A stretch of DNA of 59,637 nucleotides, the filler included, from Circinaria calcarea (lineage: Eukaryota): the NCBI GenBank assembly GCA_051942165.1. It is 11 parts of 11 records of this genome, joined end to end, with 100 filler letters (N's around TTAATTAATTAA, not from the genome) between each part and the next. Parts side by side here need not be neighbours in the genome. Positions count along the whole stretch, not along the records: positions 43,480 to 48,799 come from JAVECS010001942.1; positions 48,900 to 54,218 come from JAVECS010001943.1; positions 54,319 to 59,637 come from JAVECS010001944.1; 8 more parts are not named here. One strand, written 5' to 3'. Made by a program: the position numbers and the translations under genes. A model generated the notes under the pieces. It saw only the letters and a program-made list of their open reading frames with translations. It did not search any database and had not been told where the DNA came from. Shown here piece by piece: positions 46,775-59,438 of this stretch. Numbering within the stretch: the stretch's first letter is position 1; the number at the start of each line of letters is the position of its first letter.

Positions 46775-48799
46775 ATGGCAGCATCTGCTCCGACGCCATC
46801 AGCAACCCTCGATGAAGCCTTTGAGAAATTGAGGCAGTCTGTCAGCTCTGTTGACGCTACCAATTTTCAATCTACGACGCTCCAAGATGTCTGGAACGCG
46901 GCTCGGGACATCGAGCGTGTTCAAAGAGAAAGACTATCAGCTCGAAACTTACGGCGTATTGAACCATTCCTACGTACGCTCGAACAATACTCGAAGTCCG
47001 TTGAGGTTCTAGCCAATGGAACGCCATTTTTGCCATGGATATGGGTTGGTGTCCTGTTGATGTCTTGTTCACTTCCTGATTCGCGCCTGCTGATCAACTT
47101 GTGTAGGCACCAATCAAGCTGATGCTCCAGGTAATCACGTTGTTGTAGAGGGAGCATTGAGGCTTCAGATAGCAATACTGAACTGTCGACTAGCTCGCGA
47201 GCAATTATGCAGATGTCTTTGATAGACTAGTCACTGCGTATGTGCAAATATCGGAAAACTTACCGCGCCTCGATCGATTTGAAAAAGTGTTTCCAAAGAA
47301 CATTGAATTCCAAAACGTTCTGGCTCTTGTGTATGCTGATATCCTCGAGTTCCACCGGCGTGCATACAAGTTCTTCCGTCGACGTGGTACGTTGTCCGTC
47401 ACTTGTCCTTATTCTTTATCGGCTGCATTGATCGCGTTATAGCGTGGCATATTGTCTTCGACTCGTTGTGGAAGGATTTCGGCACTCGCTTTAACGGTAT
47501 CCTCGATAGTCTAGCCAGGCATAGGGACTTGGTCGATAAGGAGGCACTGTCGATTGAAATTGCGGAAGCAAGGAGTTGGCGCATACAGGCGCAGCAGAAT
47601 CTTGAGCACCGCGAGAAAGAGAGACAACTTTCCCAGCTGCAAAATTCAATCGCATGGCTAGCTGTAGAAGATCGTATCCTGGAAGATGATCTTCATAGGT
47701 TATCACAGCGGCGGCAGCCGGGTACCTGTGATTGGGTCCTAGGTAGCTCTAAGTTGATAGCATGGGTAGCTGATGACTACGAAGAGCCAATCTTGTGGCT
47801 TAGAGGCATCCCAGGAGCTGGTATGGCTTCCGTCAGACACCTCCCTTCTATGAAGAGAAGCTCTGATCAGCAACAGGAAAAAGCGTATTGTGCTCTCATA
47901 TCATACACTTCCTTACAAGTCGGCAAGATATGACAGTAGCTTATTTTTTCTGCAATAGTTACAGTGACGGTGGAGATCGTTGCAGCCAAATTCTAAGAGC
48001 GCTTGCACTTCAACTGTTGAGAGCTCACCTGGACTTAGCACCCTACGTTTGTGATAACTATGCGAACCGGGGCCGTAACCCTTCAATGCCACAGCTAAGG
48101 AGACTGATCCCAGCTCTCTTAGCAACTATCCCGTTAACGCGGATAGTAATTGATGGACTCGATGAATGCCAAGAGAAAGATCAGAGGCAGATCTTACAGG
48201 AGCTAATGTCTCTATGCACTCCATCTGGAGTACGGTGTAAGATTTTACTATCAAGCAGAGAAGGTGTGCATCTCAGCAGAGCATTACGCCGGAAGCCCAA
48301 TATATCATTGACAGAAAGGAGAGTCGACGTCGACACAGACATACGGTTATTCGTGGCACACAACCTTACGGAACTGCGAGAAAGATTCGACGGTAAAGTT
48401 GTAGATGGCATCGAGAAGAGAGTGGTCAAGAAAGCGGATGGGATGTTTTTATGGGTTCGCCTTGTTATTGCAACATTACATGACCGTCACAGTATCCAGG
48501 AACTTCAGAATGCTATGGATGAGCTTCCCGAAGGATTGAATGAAGCGTAAGCCGAGCAACACCAGCCGATTTTTCTGCCAAGGCTGACTTTTGACAGATA
48601 TGGCCGAATACTTGATTCCATTAGCAAAGAGCTTAGTGCTCATAGCCGGGATAAGGCCATCCGTATTTTGGAATGGATGGCTTGCTCGTGTCGTACATTG
48701 AAGATCTGGGAGATTCAAGACGGAATTGTGTTTCACCCAGGGTGTACCATACTAAACGGCGCGACGAAGCTAGACAAAGGAATCTTGGATCGATGCAGG
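46775..48799 (+). CDS. NACHT-domain (fungal NLR-like STAND) protein with helical N-terminal domain; 3' end off-contig
   Basis: RNLRRIEPFL, PFLPWIW|APIKLMLQ|LAS, YADILEFHRRAYKFF, GTCDW, Walker A LWLRGIPGAG|KSVLCS, AYFFC, Walker B IVIDGLDEC, KADGMFLWVRLV, LPEGLNEA|YGRIL. Exons join via canonical introns. Confidence 0.92.
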
Positions 48800-48899
48800 N
48801 NNNNNNNNNNNNNNNNNNNNNNNNNNNNNNNNNNNNNNNNNNNTTAATTAATTAANNNNNNNNNNNNNNNNNNNNNNNNNNNNNNNNNNNNNNNNNNNN
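48800..48899. other. Artificial contig linker
   Basis: 44 N + TTAATTAATTAA + 44 N. Confidence 0.98.
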
Positions 48900-49453
48900 A
48901 CTTAGAAGGACCGATATAAAATTAATAGAATAAATTCCTATCGGAGGCCAATTTATATAAAATATTTATATATTTACGTAATATATTAGAACTCCAACGG
49001 AAAAAAACGTGATTATTATATCGATTATATTAATTTACTTGGGTATAAATGAAGATGAATTATCGGATTAATAAAATAAGACGTTAAAGTTACCAAGTCG
49101 TTATTCTATCTCCTAAAATAATAACGCGTGGAATTTGGACTCATGAGTTCTCGCGTCCACATAGACGATAGCCTAAGGGTTTATATATCAGCCTTCAACA
49201 TTCACCAGAGGCAATCAGGATATGGAAGGGGGGAGTAACTACAGTCGGGGACATTGGCCATGTCGACTGACCCTTTGTGAGTGGTCGAGGGAATATCTTG
49301 TTCTGAGAACTTAGTGTAGAAACACACAAGCACTCTTGAAAACTACCACTACTGTGAGTTTCGTGAGTGAATAATAGCTTAGCGAAATGTGTACATGAGA
49401 CCAAAGGGAAAAAGTATCTGAAACAATGTGACATCCACTAAATATTCAATTCA

Positions 49454-52400
49454 TCACTCACAGCCATCATCCGCTAACACTTCAGTCTGCCTCTGCTTCG
49501 CCTCATGTACCAACCGCATTGCCGTATGAAAGCCCACTTCGTATATGCGTTTATGCGCCGGCGTGGTTGTCTCCGCGACAGTATTGGGATCTGCTCCGAG
49601 TTCCAGCAATGTTTCCACCATATTCACCTTTCCAAACTTTACTGCTGCCAGTAAAGGCGTCTCACCTTTCCGGTCTTTAATCTCCATTCTGGCTCCTTTC
49701 GAGATCAGAAGACGCGTTATAATCGATTGGTATCTTGAGTCTACATGAGAGGCTACGATGTGTAAAGCAGTTCCGCCACCACCCTTAAGAGCTGTATTAG
49801 GGTTCGCTCCGTTGGCTAGCAGTAGTCGTACAGTAGCTTCATGGCTCCTTTGAACGGCCTCTATCAGCGGTGTGCCAAAAGAGCTTTCATCGTGCTCGAT
49901 ATTCGCTCCCATATCGATAAGTAACTGAACAGTTGCCGACTGTCCGCTTTCCCCAGCAACGCAAAGTGCTGTCTCGTGATACTCGTTTTGCGCCTCAATA
50001 TCAGCCCCATAGTCCAGCAGAATTCTCACAATCCCCGTGTGTCCGTTACCCGCTGCTCGATGCAGAGCCATATCACCTTCATAAGATTTCGCTTCAAGGT
50101 CGGCACCCATGTCGATGAATAATCTCGTAACAGCCTCATCACCTTCAGTCACCGGATGATGTAGCAGCAGGAATCTCCTGAGATCCTCAGACTGCAATGC
50201 TTTGAGTTTCAAGACTAGCTGACTGATGTCCTTCATATTTTCGTCCTTAGTTTCTTCATCGTCCTTAGTTTCTTCATGGTCCTTAGACTCTTCATTGTCG
50301 TTAGTCTCCTCATCGTCCTTGTGTGAGTATGGCGTCATCGCATGATAAAGTTGGGCCATGACGAGTAACCCTTCCCGCATGGTTGCGGAATAATCAGATG
50401 TCAACAATATACGCACCACGCTCAAGTGTCCATTGAGTACAGCCCATTCTAGTGAGGTTCTGCTGCAGTTATAATCTTTAGCCGTAGTGTCAGCTCCATA
50501 ACGTAGTAGATGAGGTATCAGTCTTGCGTTCCCTCGCATTGCTGCTGTTATCAGAGCCGGTTCACGATTCCCTCCATACACGTTGACATCAGCACCTCGT
50601 TCAAGTAAGAGTAGCACCGTTTGTTCTCCGTTGTCGGCGTTGGACCAAGAGTTGTCTATAGCCGTGTGTAGGGGCCGGTTCCCAATTTCGTTTACAGCCT
50701 CGATATTAGCACCGTTATCCAACAGCAGTCTTGTTGCTTCTGCGTGACCACCACATGAAGCCTCATGCAATGGTGTGTCTCCCCGCTCTATTGTCTCGTT
50801 GACATCGGCTCCATACTCCAAGAGCAGCTCCACTATGACAAGGTGGCTACTGCCACTCGCCACAGCAAGTGCCTCCCCAGCAGAGTGACGCATTACGTTT
50901 GGTTCAAGACTTCTCCCCTCTTCTAAAAATAAACGAACACACCCTTCTTGGCCAGAACTTGAGGCTCCGATAAGTGCAGAACCCAAACACATTGTTCTGG
51001 CCTCGAGATCCGTAATGTTTTCTAAGATTTTCCGAACTACCCCAGAATGTCCCCTCCAAGCCGCGCTCCTCGTGGCGATTTCCATGGACTCTAACGTGGT
51101 CTTTCCCTTAAGCATTAATTCTACGATCAGCTCATACCCGGCTGCTGCCGCCGAGCACAACGCATCCTATCCATCACCATCCTTCAAATTAAGGTTAGCT
51201 CCTTTATCAAAAAAAAGTCGGACGATACTCGCATGGCCATTAGCAGATGCTATATATAATATTATCCAATTTGCAAAATCTCTGGCGTGGACATCAACTC
51301 CCTGTTCCAAAAGCGTTTGAGCCAAATTTTGGAATCCAAAAGTTGCTGCTACATGTAATTCTGTAAAATTGATCGGAGAAGGCTCGAAGACTCGAAATCC
51401 ACCTCCTTCGATGTTTCCTCCAAGGTAGAATGCAGCTTCTATTGAACAAGAAACGTTGGCCTTCCGGCTGAGGAATTGAGTGACGACCCCATTAGTCGTA
51501 GGATCGTGCTTGAGAGCTTCACGGGCATGGCTTCCCCAGTGCTCAGCGGCATAACTTAGGAGTGTGTTTTTCTTTAATCGCTGTCTAAAAAAAGGCCCTC
51601 CATTGATATTATCATAGTAGGGTTCGATTAGGTCATAGCAAGGTCCACTCGAAAAAGTCTGGAAGGATAGATAAATGATGCAAACATCTGTTATGTATCT
51701 TTGGGCGGACGGGAAATCCGTATGACTAGTTCGTTCAAAATACTCTTGCGTAATATAATAGATTAAGCGAACAATATTCCTGTTCGTATCAACGACGATT
51801 AGGCCATAATATGCGGAAAATAACAAGTCTGAATCCGGCAGCGCTTCTTCGACCAGATCGCTGTCCTTAGATTCTATAGCTATAGCGCATCTAAACTCCT
51901 TAATGGTCATCGGCCTTTAGGCGAATATCACCTAGGAGAGAACTTAAATTACGTATTCAATATTAGCACGTCCTTGGCTACGAATTCTGAGCATAGTATT
52001 ATCATATGTTTCGTCGATTCCTTCTGGTAGAGCTTCAAGCGTCCTATGAAGGCCGCGTCGGCTGTTCTCTTGCGATAATGAGGTTATGTATAGTTCCGCT
52101 AGCAGGAACCTGATAATATAATAATTATTAAATAATAATAAGAAAATTATTACAGCAATGACATACATTCCTCGAGTTTTATTAACAATAATATTTATAA
52201 TAATATCTCGTAATAACGGGTCCGCCGCTATATGTCTTGATAATAAAGCCTGCTTTTTAATCTTCCCGTAAAGATAATATTGTATATCTTTTTTATGTGC
52301 GTAAATTTCCAGACGGGCAGTACCTTTAAAGGTCCGTTCAATAAAAATATAAGGTCGAGAAATGATTAATAGATATATATTTATTAGGAGATTCTAAAGC

Positions 52401-53742
52401 TTACGGAGAAATAGCTCCCTTGTCCTATCAACTTCAGAATACTCGTCCAAAGCGTCAACCACGATGAAGATCCTTATAAACGTGTGAAAATATGAATATA
52501 ATAATCTAGAAAGCTCGGGAACTAAAGGGTGCGTGTTCAATCGCGTGTAATATATATATAGATCCATAATTTCATGAGGTACACAAAGTTACTGTTGATA
52601 AAATTATTCGAGTAAACTTACTACGAAATTACTAGCGGTCTGATTAATTTTATTATAAACATAATAAACGTAGCTAATACCCACCCCGGTTCTCCCGTTA
52701 AAAGTCTTCTGAAGATATCTAATAATGGTCGATCTAAAGAGCAGCTTCTTAATATAAGTAAATCATAATGAATATTGATCTTACGCCAGTATAATCTTGC
52801 CGGCCCCCGCTATCTCACAGTCAGCCCATAAACAACCTTAAAATCCTTGATTTTATAGATTATACTAACGCATCCCAGGACACCAGACAGTTCGAATGGT
52901 CCCGTTAAGCCAATCCTTGAATACTTGGGCATCCAGCACCCAAGTGCCTATACCTTCCTGTCGGCGATTAAGCATATCAGTCAATCTGGCACCAAAACTC
53001 AAAGGAGATAGCCATGTCAAGATCTGGAGTCTTTTCTCCATCTCAATAGCGGTATTTTGCTCTAGAGCACTCGGTTAGGTTCAACTTCACTTAAGGCTAG
53101 GATAAGCGTCTGACCGTCTTGCCCATAGCGTAGCTCTTCAATTCCCTGGGAGATTTTCATCGATGTAGACCCAAAGTCCCTTGTAAGTGCCACCACTTTG
53201 TGGTCGAGGTCCTCTAATGTCTGCTTAGATATGGCAACAGCATCACTGAGATATGGAGCGTCAACAGGACTTTTAAAATCTGAAGAACGAGTTGGGGCAG
53301 GTACTCACATGTGAAGCGTATCGAGTGCAAGACCCAAGTTTTCGCGCAGATCTGCAACTATTTCACGAAGTTTAATCAATGTGCTTTCCCGAAAAGGGTA
53401 CAAGACTCTTCGAGCTTGAGTACGGATTTTGCCTTCAATGCCTGTAGACTTGGAGTCATGAAGTTTGGCAAGTCGCTTTTCGAGGCTTTGAATCCCGGCT
53501 TCGCAAGATACTATACTCTCTGTGATTTGCTCAACGACCTCGCCTGTAAATGACCGGCCCTCAACAGTACGTCTTAGAACCTTGAAGGTCTTGGTGAGTC
53601 CTTCCAATGACATATACATAGTTGCGATATCCTTCTCGGAATCCTTCCACGAACTATAGTAACTGAGTAAACCGGAACAAACAGTGATTCCAAGAGACAC
53701 AGTTCCGAAGGCGCCTGTAGCGATAGAGAAAGGGTCCGCCAT
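49454..53742 (-). pseudogene. Fungal NLR (HeLo-like/SesA N-terminus, NACHT, ankyrin repeats) inactivated by RIP
   Basis: MADPFSIATGAFGTVSLGITVC N-terminal domain; RQEGIGTW; VWCPGMP-GAGKIILA (Walker A T>I); IVVDALDEY; LPEGIDETY; VI*VLS*VIFA*RPMT; more than 10 ankyrin repeats. TA-rich core with many stops at about 51900-52880 and one stop at 51167-51169. Confidence 0.9.
50241..50320 (-). repeat. Coding 18-bp tandem repeat (KDDEET-like x4.5) within the ankyrin region
   Basis: KDDEET-NDNEES-KDHEET-KDDEET-KDE; plus strand TCGTCCTTAGTTTCTTCA units. Confidence 0.85.
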
Positions 53743-54218
53743 CTTTCCTGCCCCTATGAGAGTATTTCTGTGGGGGTGCAAGGTCCTTGCGAAGAAATAT
53801 GAACTGAGTATCCAATATACACTAAGCTGAAGAGAACTCTGGGAGAGGCCTCAGAATCGAGAGCAACTCGAAAATAGCAGCCGCACACTTTCCGCCTTGC
53901 CATGCGGGGCTGAGCCTGAGGCTGAGACTAATGCAGGTATCCCTTGAACCGTTGCTCAGGCGGACAGAACCGTGCGTTTTTTACACAGACCAGCTTCTGG
54001 TCCATGCCAACCTAGCTGACCAATCCAAACCTTATATCCAAGAAACACACAGTTCTGTCCGCTTAAGCAACAATTTAAAGAATAAATACAAATGTATTTA
54101 ATAATCAAAAGTGCTACAGCTTAGCCAAATATCCTATTTAGATAATCGATACCTATCCAGAATAAGTCTGATAAATTATTATCGCAAGAATTTAATAAAT
54201 AAAATATATATATTAAAT

Positions 54219-54318
54219 NNNNNNNNNNNNNNNNNNNNNNNNNNNNNNNNNNNNNNNNNNNNTTAATTAATTAANNNNNNNNNNNNNNNNNNNNNNNNNN
54301 NNNNNNNNNNNNNNNNNN
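54219..54318. other. Artificial contig linker
   Basis: 44 N + TTAATTAATTAA + 44 N. Confidence 0.98.
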
Positions 54319-54330
54319 GTGGTGGGGGGG

Positions 54331-54700
54331 TGTTATGGCGCCACGCCATACTTAGGGTCCAGAGGCTAAGAATGGACTAGCGGGTTCACCACACGTGACG
54401 GAGCAGAATGAGCAGAGTGAGCGGAGCAGTGCTCGTGGTGCTCAGGGTGTTCAGGGGAGCAAGGTGAGCAGAGTGAGCAGGAAAATGCTCCGGGTGCTCA
54501 GGTTATTCAGTACGATATATAAACAAGCTATTCCTCCTTTATTAAGAATAACATGTTTATAGAACCATAACAAGTTCAATATATTCCTTTATGTATTGAG
54601 CCTAGGGCAACAGTTCAACTACACCCTATGTAACCGTGCTATTACCAATCGGGACTTATCATATTCCTCAATCGGCCCCAAGGATTGCAGCGCCCTTACA
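54331..54700 (+). mobile_element. LTR, family B (370 bp), probably the 3' LTR of a longer element
   Basis: TGTTATGGCG...CGCCCTTACA, homologous to 14894-15260 (minus). Immediately preceded by G-rich GGTGGGGGGG (polypurine-tract-like) at the contig edge. Confidence 0.8.
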
Positions 54701-55830
54701 GATACCCAGAACCATGTGCCTATAATGATCCCCTACTTTGTAACCTTTATACGCTTGTTATTGAGGCTTCTTGGGGTTATTGAAAAAACCACGCTAGGAT
54801 TCGTTCTGCCTGGCACCTAGTAATAAATGCCTTCCCAATCTCTGTGACTAGGATCTTAGAGGCTCATACGGATATAAATGCATACTTTACCTCACGAAGT
54901 TCGGGCAGGGAGTTGTAGTATTCCATAGTATAAGCCACAGCGTAAGCACCGTGCTATGTACAGCCGATCCGTAACTATCTAACCACCCCGCCCCCATTTC
55001 TAGAGTAAACAGAGTATATTCAGTAATTGCTCGCAACCATCAGACAAAACTTTTTTGCCACCGCGCTTGGAGAGGCTGAGTGGCAAGTGGCAAGTGGCAA
55101 GTGGATTCGAGGTGGCTTGCACGAAGTAATAGATTCCTTTTCAACCGAGCTGAAAGGCACAGATACCGGGCCGTCCCTTCGCTACCATACACACTAGTTC
55201 TAAATTTACTGCCCCCCCCCCCCAATGCTTGTTTAATTTCTCGGCCCGAGGACGAAAGTGTGCCAAGAGAGGAATTCGTGATTGGCCAGTGGTTATGAGT
55301 GTCCCTTGTGTAGCGGTTTCAGGATGCCCCCATGGCTGAGTCGATTCTGCATCAGACTGATGAGAAGGTCACAGGTCGGAGATGATTCTTATCTTGTATG
55401 TGTTTGTTTAAGATGGCCCCCAAATGCGTGCTTATTACAGTTCAGCCTGATGATACTCTAAGAGTATCTGATAACCTGATAGGACTCACTATCTCGTGTG
55501 TGGCTTTCTTGCTCTATTCTCTGCTGCGGCTGAAGACGGTGTGCGGTCGTAACCTTGCAGGCACTGCCAGAATCAGCATGCTACACCGGTTCTACCCCTT
55601 CTCAGTAAATAGTCATCCGCATTCCCTTCCTCGAATGAAATCCATATCTCCCTCTATTTGTTTTACAAGTCTTCTTGAATGCAATCCAACGTTGTTGTCG
55701 TTGCCGGTACGCTATCAGTGTCCATTTTTGATATAAAATCTCTCTATTGCCTCCTTAGACGCCGAACCTGTGACCTGTAACTCGTGGATCTTTGGAATCT
55801 ACTCCCTCGGAACCTTGTCTTTCCGCCATA

Positions 55831-58052
55831 ATGGCTCCGCAACATCAGAGTTTATTGCAGTTCAGCGAACGACAGACCACATCTTCATCGGCCCTGGAAA
55901 CGAGCGTAGCATCACGGGAAAGATCGCATAGGCCGTGGTTGTCGATAATCATTTCCCAAGTGCTAGGACTTCTATGGCTGGCTCCGATCACTTACTTGTT
56001 GTACATCAACTTCACAGAGCACACTACAGGTGCCAGCATTGGGTGTCGAGGATGCGCCCTGAACCAGCTCAGCGACGATGCTTTTGAGAGGGCGCAGAAA
56101 CTCGATAGGGACGATCACAATGCACTTGGGGCACTTCTATTTGTAGCTAAGACTTTGGAGGTATGGTTCGTGTTCGTTGCTACGAGCTTGGTCTACAACG
56201 TGGCAATGATGCTTGCATCGAGAGCTGATGGTCTCCCCATTGGTTACCTAATGGCACATCTGGAGTTTACGGACCTTCGGAGCTTGATCGACCCGCGTCT
56301 TTGGGCTACACCTCGTCCATCTGCAAGGACAATCGTCAAAAAGCATAAGCTGATAGTCAAACTGTACCTATTTGCCGTCTTCGTGGCCTTCATGTGTATC
56401 CTGGCCAACCTCATGGGGCCCGCCGCCGCCGTACTCGTGCTACCGACTTTGCAATACAAGGACACAACCCATCAGTCTATAGAGCAATTCCACCAAATCG
56501 GCTTGTCCACCCCTCCTATGGGTGCCTGGGCGAGTCCACAGTGTAGTAGGGCCGCGCTTGAGGCTCGCAACTATTGCTGCACCTTAAATGTATCCGCAAC
56601 CAACATTGACAGTTGGGTACGTCTGCAGCCACCGTAGCTGAACAAGAAACTAAACAAGAACAGCTATCCGCATATAACGATTACAGTCTGTATGAACATC
56701 TCTCGGAGGAGATGGGTGTTACATTTCTGTTCAACTACTCGACAAGCGGCAACCACTCGAACGGAATGCTATGGGCTCCCAACCGCCAAGTCTTGCGAGA
56801 CCTCTCAAAGGACCTCACAGAGTACTTCAACACTACTCAGGGCGATCCATCTTACGATAATGAAGTGTACGCAAAAACCTACAACAGTTCCCTACAAACT
56901 TTCCTGAAGCGAACAGGCCCCATTATCGGCGCTGAGGTAAATTTTTATTGGTCATCTAATAGTGCAAGGGTCACAAATATTTCCCAAGACCGAACTATCA
57001 GATGCTATGATAGTTGGGAGCAGAACGATACAGGGGTTTACACTAAGTGTATACGTGTTGGCAAGGGCTGGAACGCAAACAATACTGAATCCAATTTCTC
57101 CGTTCGCAATGCCACTTCCTCTGGCACAGACGCTTCCGTCAATGTATACTTCTCAGATAAGGTAACATACTTGAACGAATCGGTCAACAATGATTCGACA
57201 ACGCTCGCCTGCTTAGTAGATGGCCCAGCACCCTCTGATGTTAGTTGCGACTGGGACAAAATATTCAGTCCCTCGAACTTACCTTCCGAAATACGCAATT
57301 GGACGACCAGCGTTACGACCCAGGAATTATTATCATCAACAGCGCCAGGCGCATTACTCTTTGAGTACTATACGTACACCGCGTTTCCAGTCTATTCCCT
57401 CGACACCTCTCCGACCTCTAATGCTCTTGGACTGGTCCAAGTAGATAATCTTAACAATCTTATTTCAGACCAACCTGTCGTGGTTAACACTGATTGGATT
57501 CTTGCTGCCTGGTCCGTCGATCAGAACGGCCAACTGCACCAAGATCGGGTATCAACAATCACGTTAGTACGGGAACTTAATGCCTTTCTCGGCCCTGACT
57601 CTTCCGATCTGGAAACCCCAAACTTGTTTCCTTTGGTTGTTTATTCGTTCTTTCAAACTCTATCTATGGTTAATTACTCGAATTTTACTACTTTCGATCC
57701 CGCTGCACCAATCAACACTGACCCAAATCACCCAACACTGATCCGCTACGCCACCATCCGCGTCTGGACTTACGGACTCAATAGCCGAACTTCACGGTTG
57801 GGTGTCGCAGTGGCGATTGCTGGTGGGCTCTGTGTGCTGATTCGAACCTTGCTTGCCCTTGCTACGGGTATACAGCAGCGCTCAACCGTGGAACTCGTTG
57901 TCGCCGCCATTGAACACGAACCTACTCGTGAATTCGATGGACTAGGCGATAAGGAGAGCGAGATGGCTAGAGTCAGGTTTCAGATGAAGGAGGTGGATGG
58001 GAAGTTTCAGTACTTTCCGGCGTCGGGACTAACCGGTGGAGTCAAGAGATGA
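55831..58052 (+). CDS. Uncharacterised fungal multi-pass membrane glycoprotein (probable intron 56617-56663; about 724 aa)
   Basis: N-terminal hydrophobic segments (including LMGPAAAVLVLP), long domain rich in N-x-S/T sequons, C-terminal TM after YG. A 47-nt GTACGT...ACTAAAC...CAG intron joins the two ORFs in frame. Confidence 0.75.
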
Positions 58053-58276
58053 TCAGTTACTCGCAGGACACATGGAATAGGCTAATGAGAATGGATCAGT
58101 CTTTTAAAAATAATCGTTACGCCCCGTGTATCTATCTTTCTGCAATCTCTGTTTTATTCCTTTTTATCTTTTTTATTATTTTAGATGAAAGGCTGACGCG
58201 CTCCTTTTCAGGCAAACTTTATTGGCAGGCGATAATATTATAACGAGAGTAGAAAATTTGATTGCGTTTTTTTCAT

Positions 58277-58686
58277 CGGAAAATTGCAATTTTATACCCC
58301 AAAAGTTTGAAATTTGCAATTTTATACCCCACCCCCAAAATTCAGTGGGTGCCCTAAAGAATATACCACTATCAGGAGGGTATTAGTCTAAGTGCCCGGC
58401 CCGAATTTAATAGGCTAAAGCGGTTTTCAGTAGGTCGCTGTCATACTATCGTAATATCGATATATCGCAATGCCAGTATGTCGTAATGCTATTATCGCAA
58501 TATTACTGGCGACAGTGACCTCTGCGACAGTGGGTCTCTACGACAGTGACCTCTGCGACAGTGAGTCTTACGACAGTGACAGCGACCTTCCGTATTGGTA
58601 GTGATTGGGGGTGGGGTATAAAATTGCAACTAGGGGTATAAAATTATATATTTCAAACTTTTGGGGTATAAAATTGCATATTTCCG
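58277..58686. mobile_element. Mutator-like MITE (410 bp) with long modular TIRs and a probable 10-bp TSD
   Basis: 58277-58338 is inverted at 58605-58686 and built from TGCAATTTTATACCCC units. Flanks TTTTTTTCAT / TTTTTTTTAT. Internal CGACAGTG array at about 58510-58580. Confidence 0.8.
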
Positions 58687-58692
58687 TTTTTT

Positions 58693-59270
58693 TTATTTAT
58701 AATTATAAAAACTCTTCGCCGATTTCTCGCAATCTCCTATCGATTTTCCAGCATGACTACACTGCCCCATCTCGACAGAGGTGTCATCCTGAGGAGTTCG
58801 ATTGGTTTTCGCTATCCTCTGACCTCTCCACCTTATGCTATGAATATGAATGCCCCAGACCGCCACCGAGCCAGCAACACCGGTCACAAGACCTAAAATC
58901 GTAAGATACCATCCTCTTCCCAAAGCATCGAGAAGAGGCTATAAGACCGCAACACCTGCAGCAGCTAGAGCACAACAGGCAATCGAAGCTGCCGCGGCTG
59001 CGCTGCTCGCCGGAAATATATCTACTAGCAAGGTATTGAAGATGTTATAGAGGCATGTGCCGATGAAGCCCTGGACGAATTGGAAGATGAGTGGAATGCT
59101 TACATGAGCGTGCTTCTTGAGCGCCCATCCGTAACCAATCAGACCGCATGCGGACACCCTCAACAGATCCCCAGAATCCTGTTTCCTGGTTCAAGTCGTC
59201 GTCAGAAACCCGATCAACAGTGTGCCCGATATCTTTAGCAGTGTCTGAAGATAATTGTCACTTCCCTACT
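58693..59270 (-). pseudogene. MFS multidrug transporter (DHA1-like) C-terminal fragment
   Basis: TAKDIGHTVDRVSDDDL, then GYGWAL..HVSIPLIFQF..NTLLVDIFP..AAAGVAVL*PLLDALGRGWYLTILG..RWRGQR. One in-frame TAG; 5' half absent. Confidence 0.8.
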
Positions 59271-59438
59271 TTGGGAACATGTTTGCTTTTAAGGGTCCGA
59301 GCGGAATGGAGTACAATCTTATATGGTTGATATTCTATATGAAATGTCCGTGCGCTCTAACAGTTCTTCAGACTGTGGAATGTAGGTACCTGTTCGATTA
59401 ACCAATGGTGTTACCTTTTCCAAGTTGGTCGGACAATC

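Noticed and set aside
10894..54218. One large gene cluster or Starship-like island (P450s, PKS, NLRs, transcription factors together)
   Set aside because: The genes lie on separate contigs ordered by length, and no tyrosine-recombinase captain is visible.
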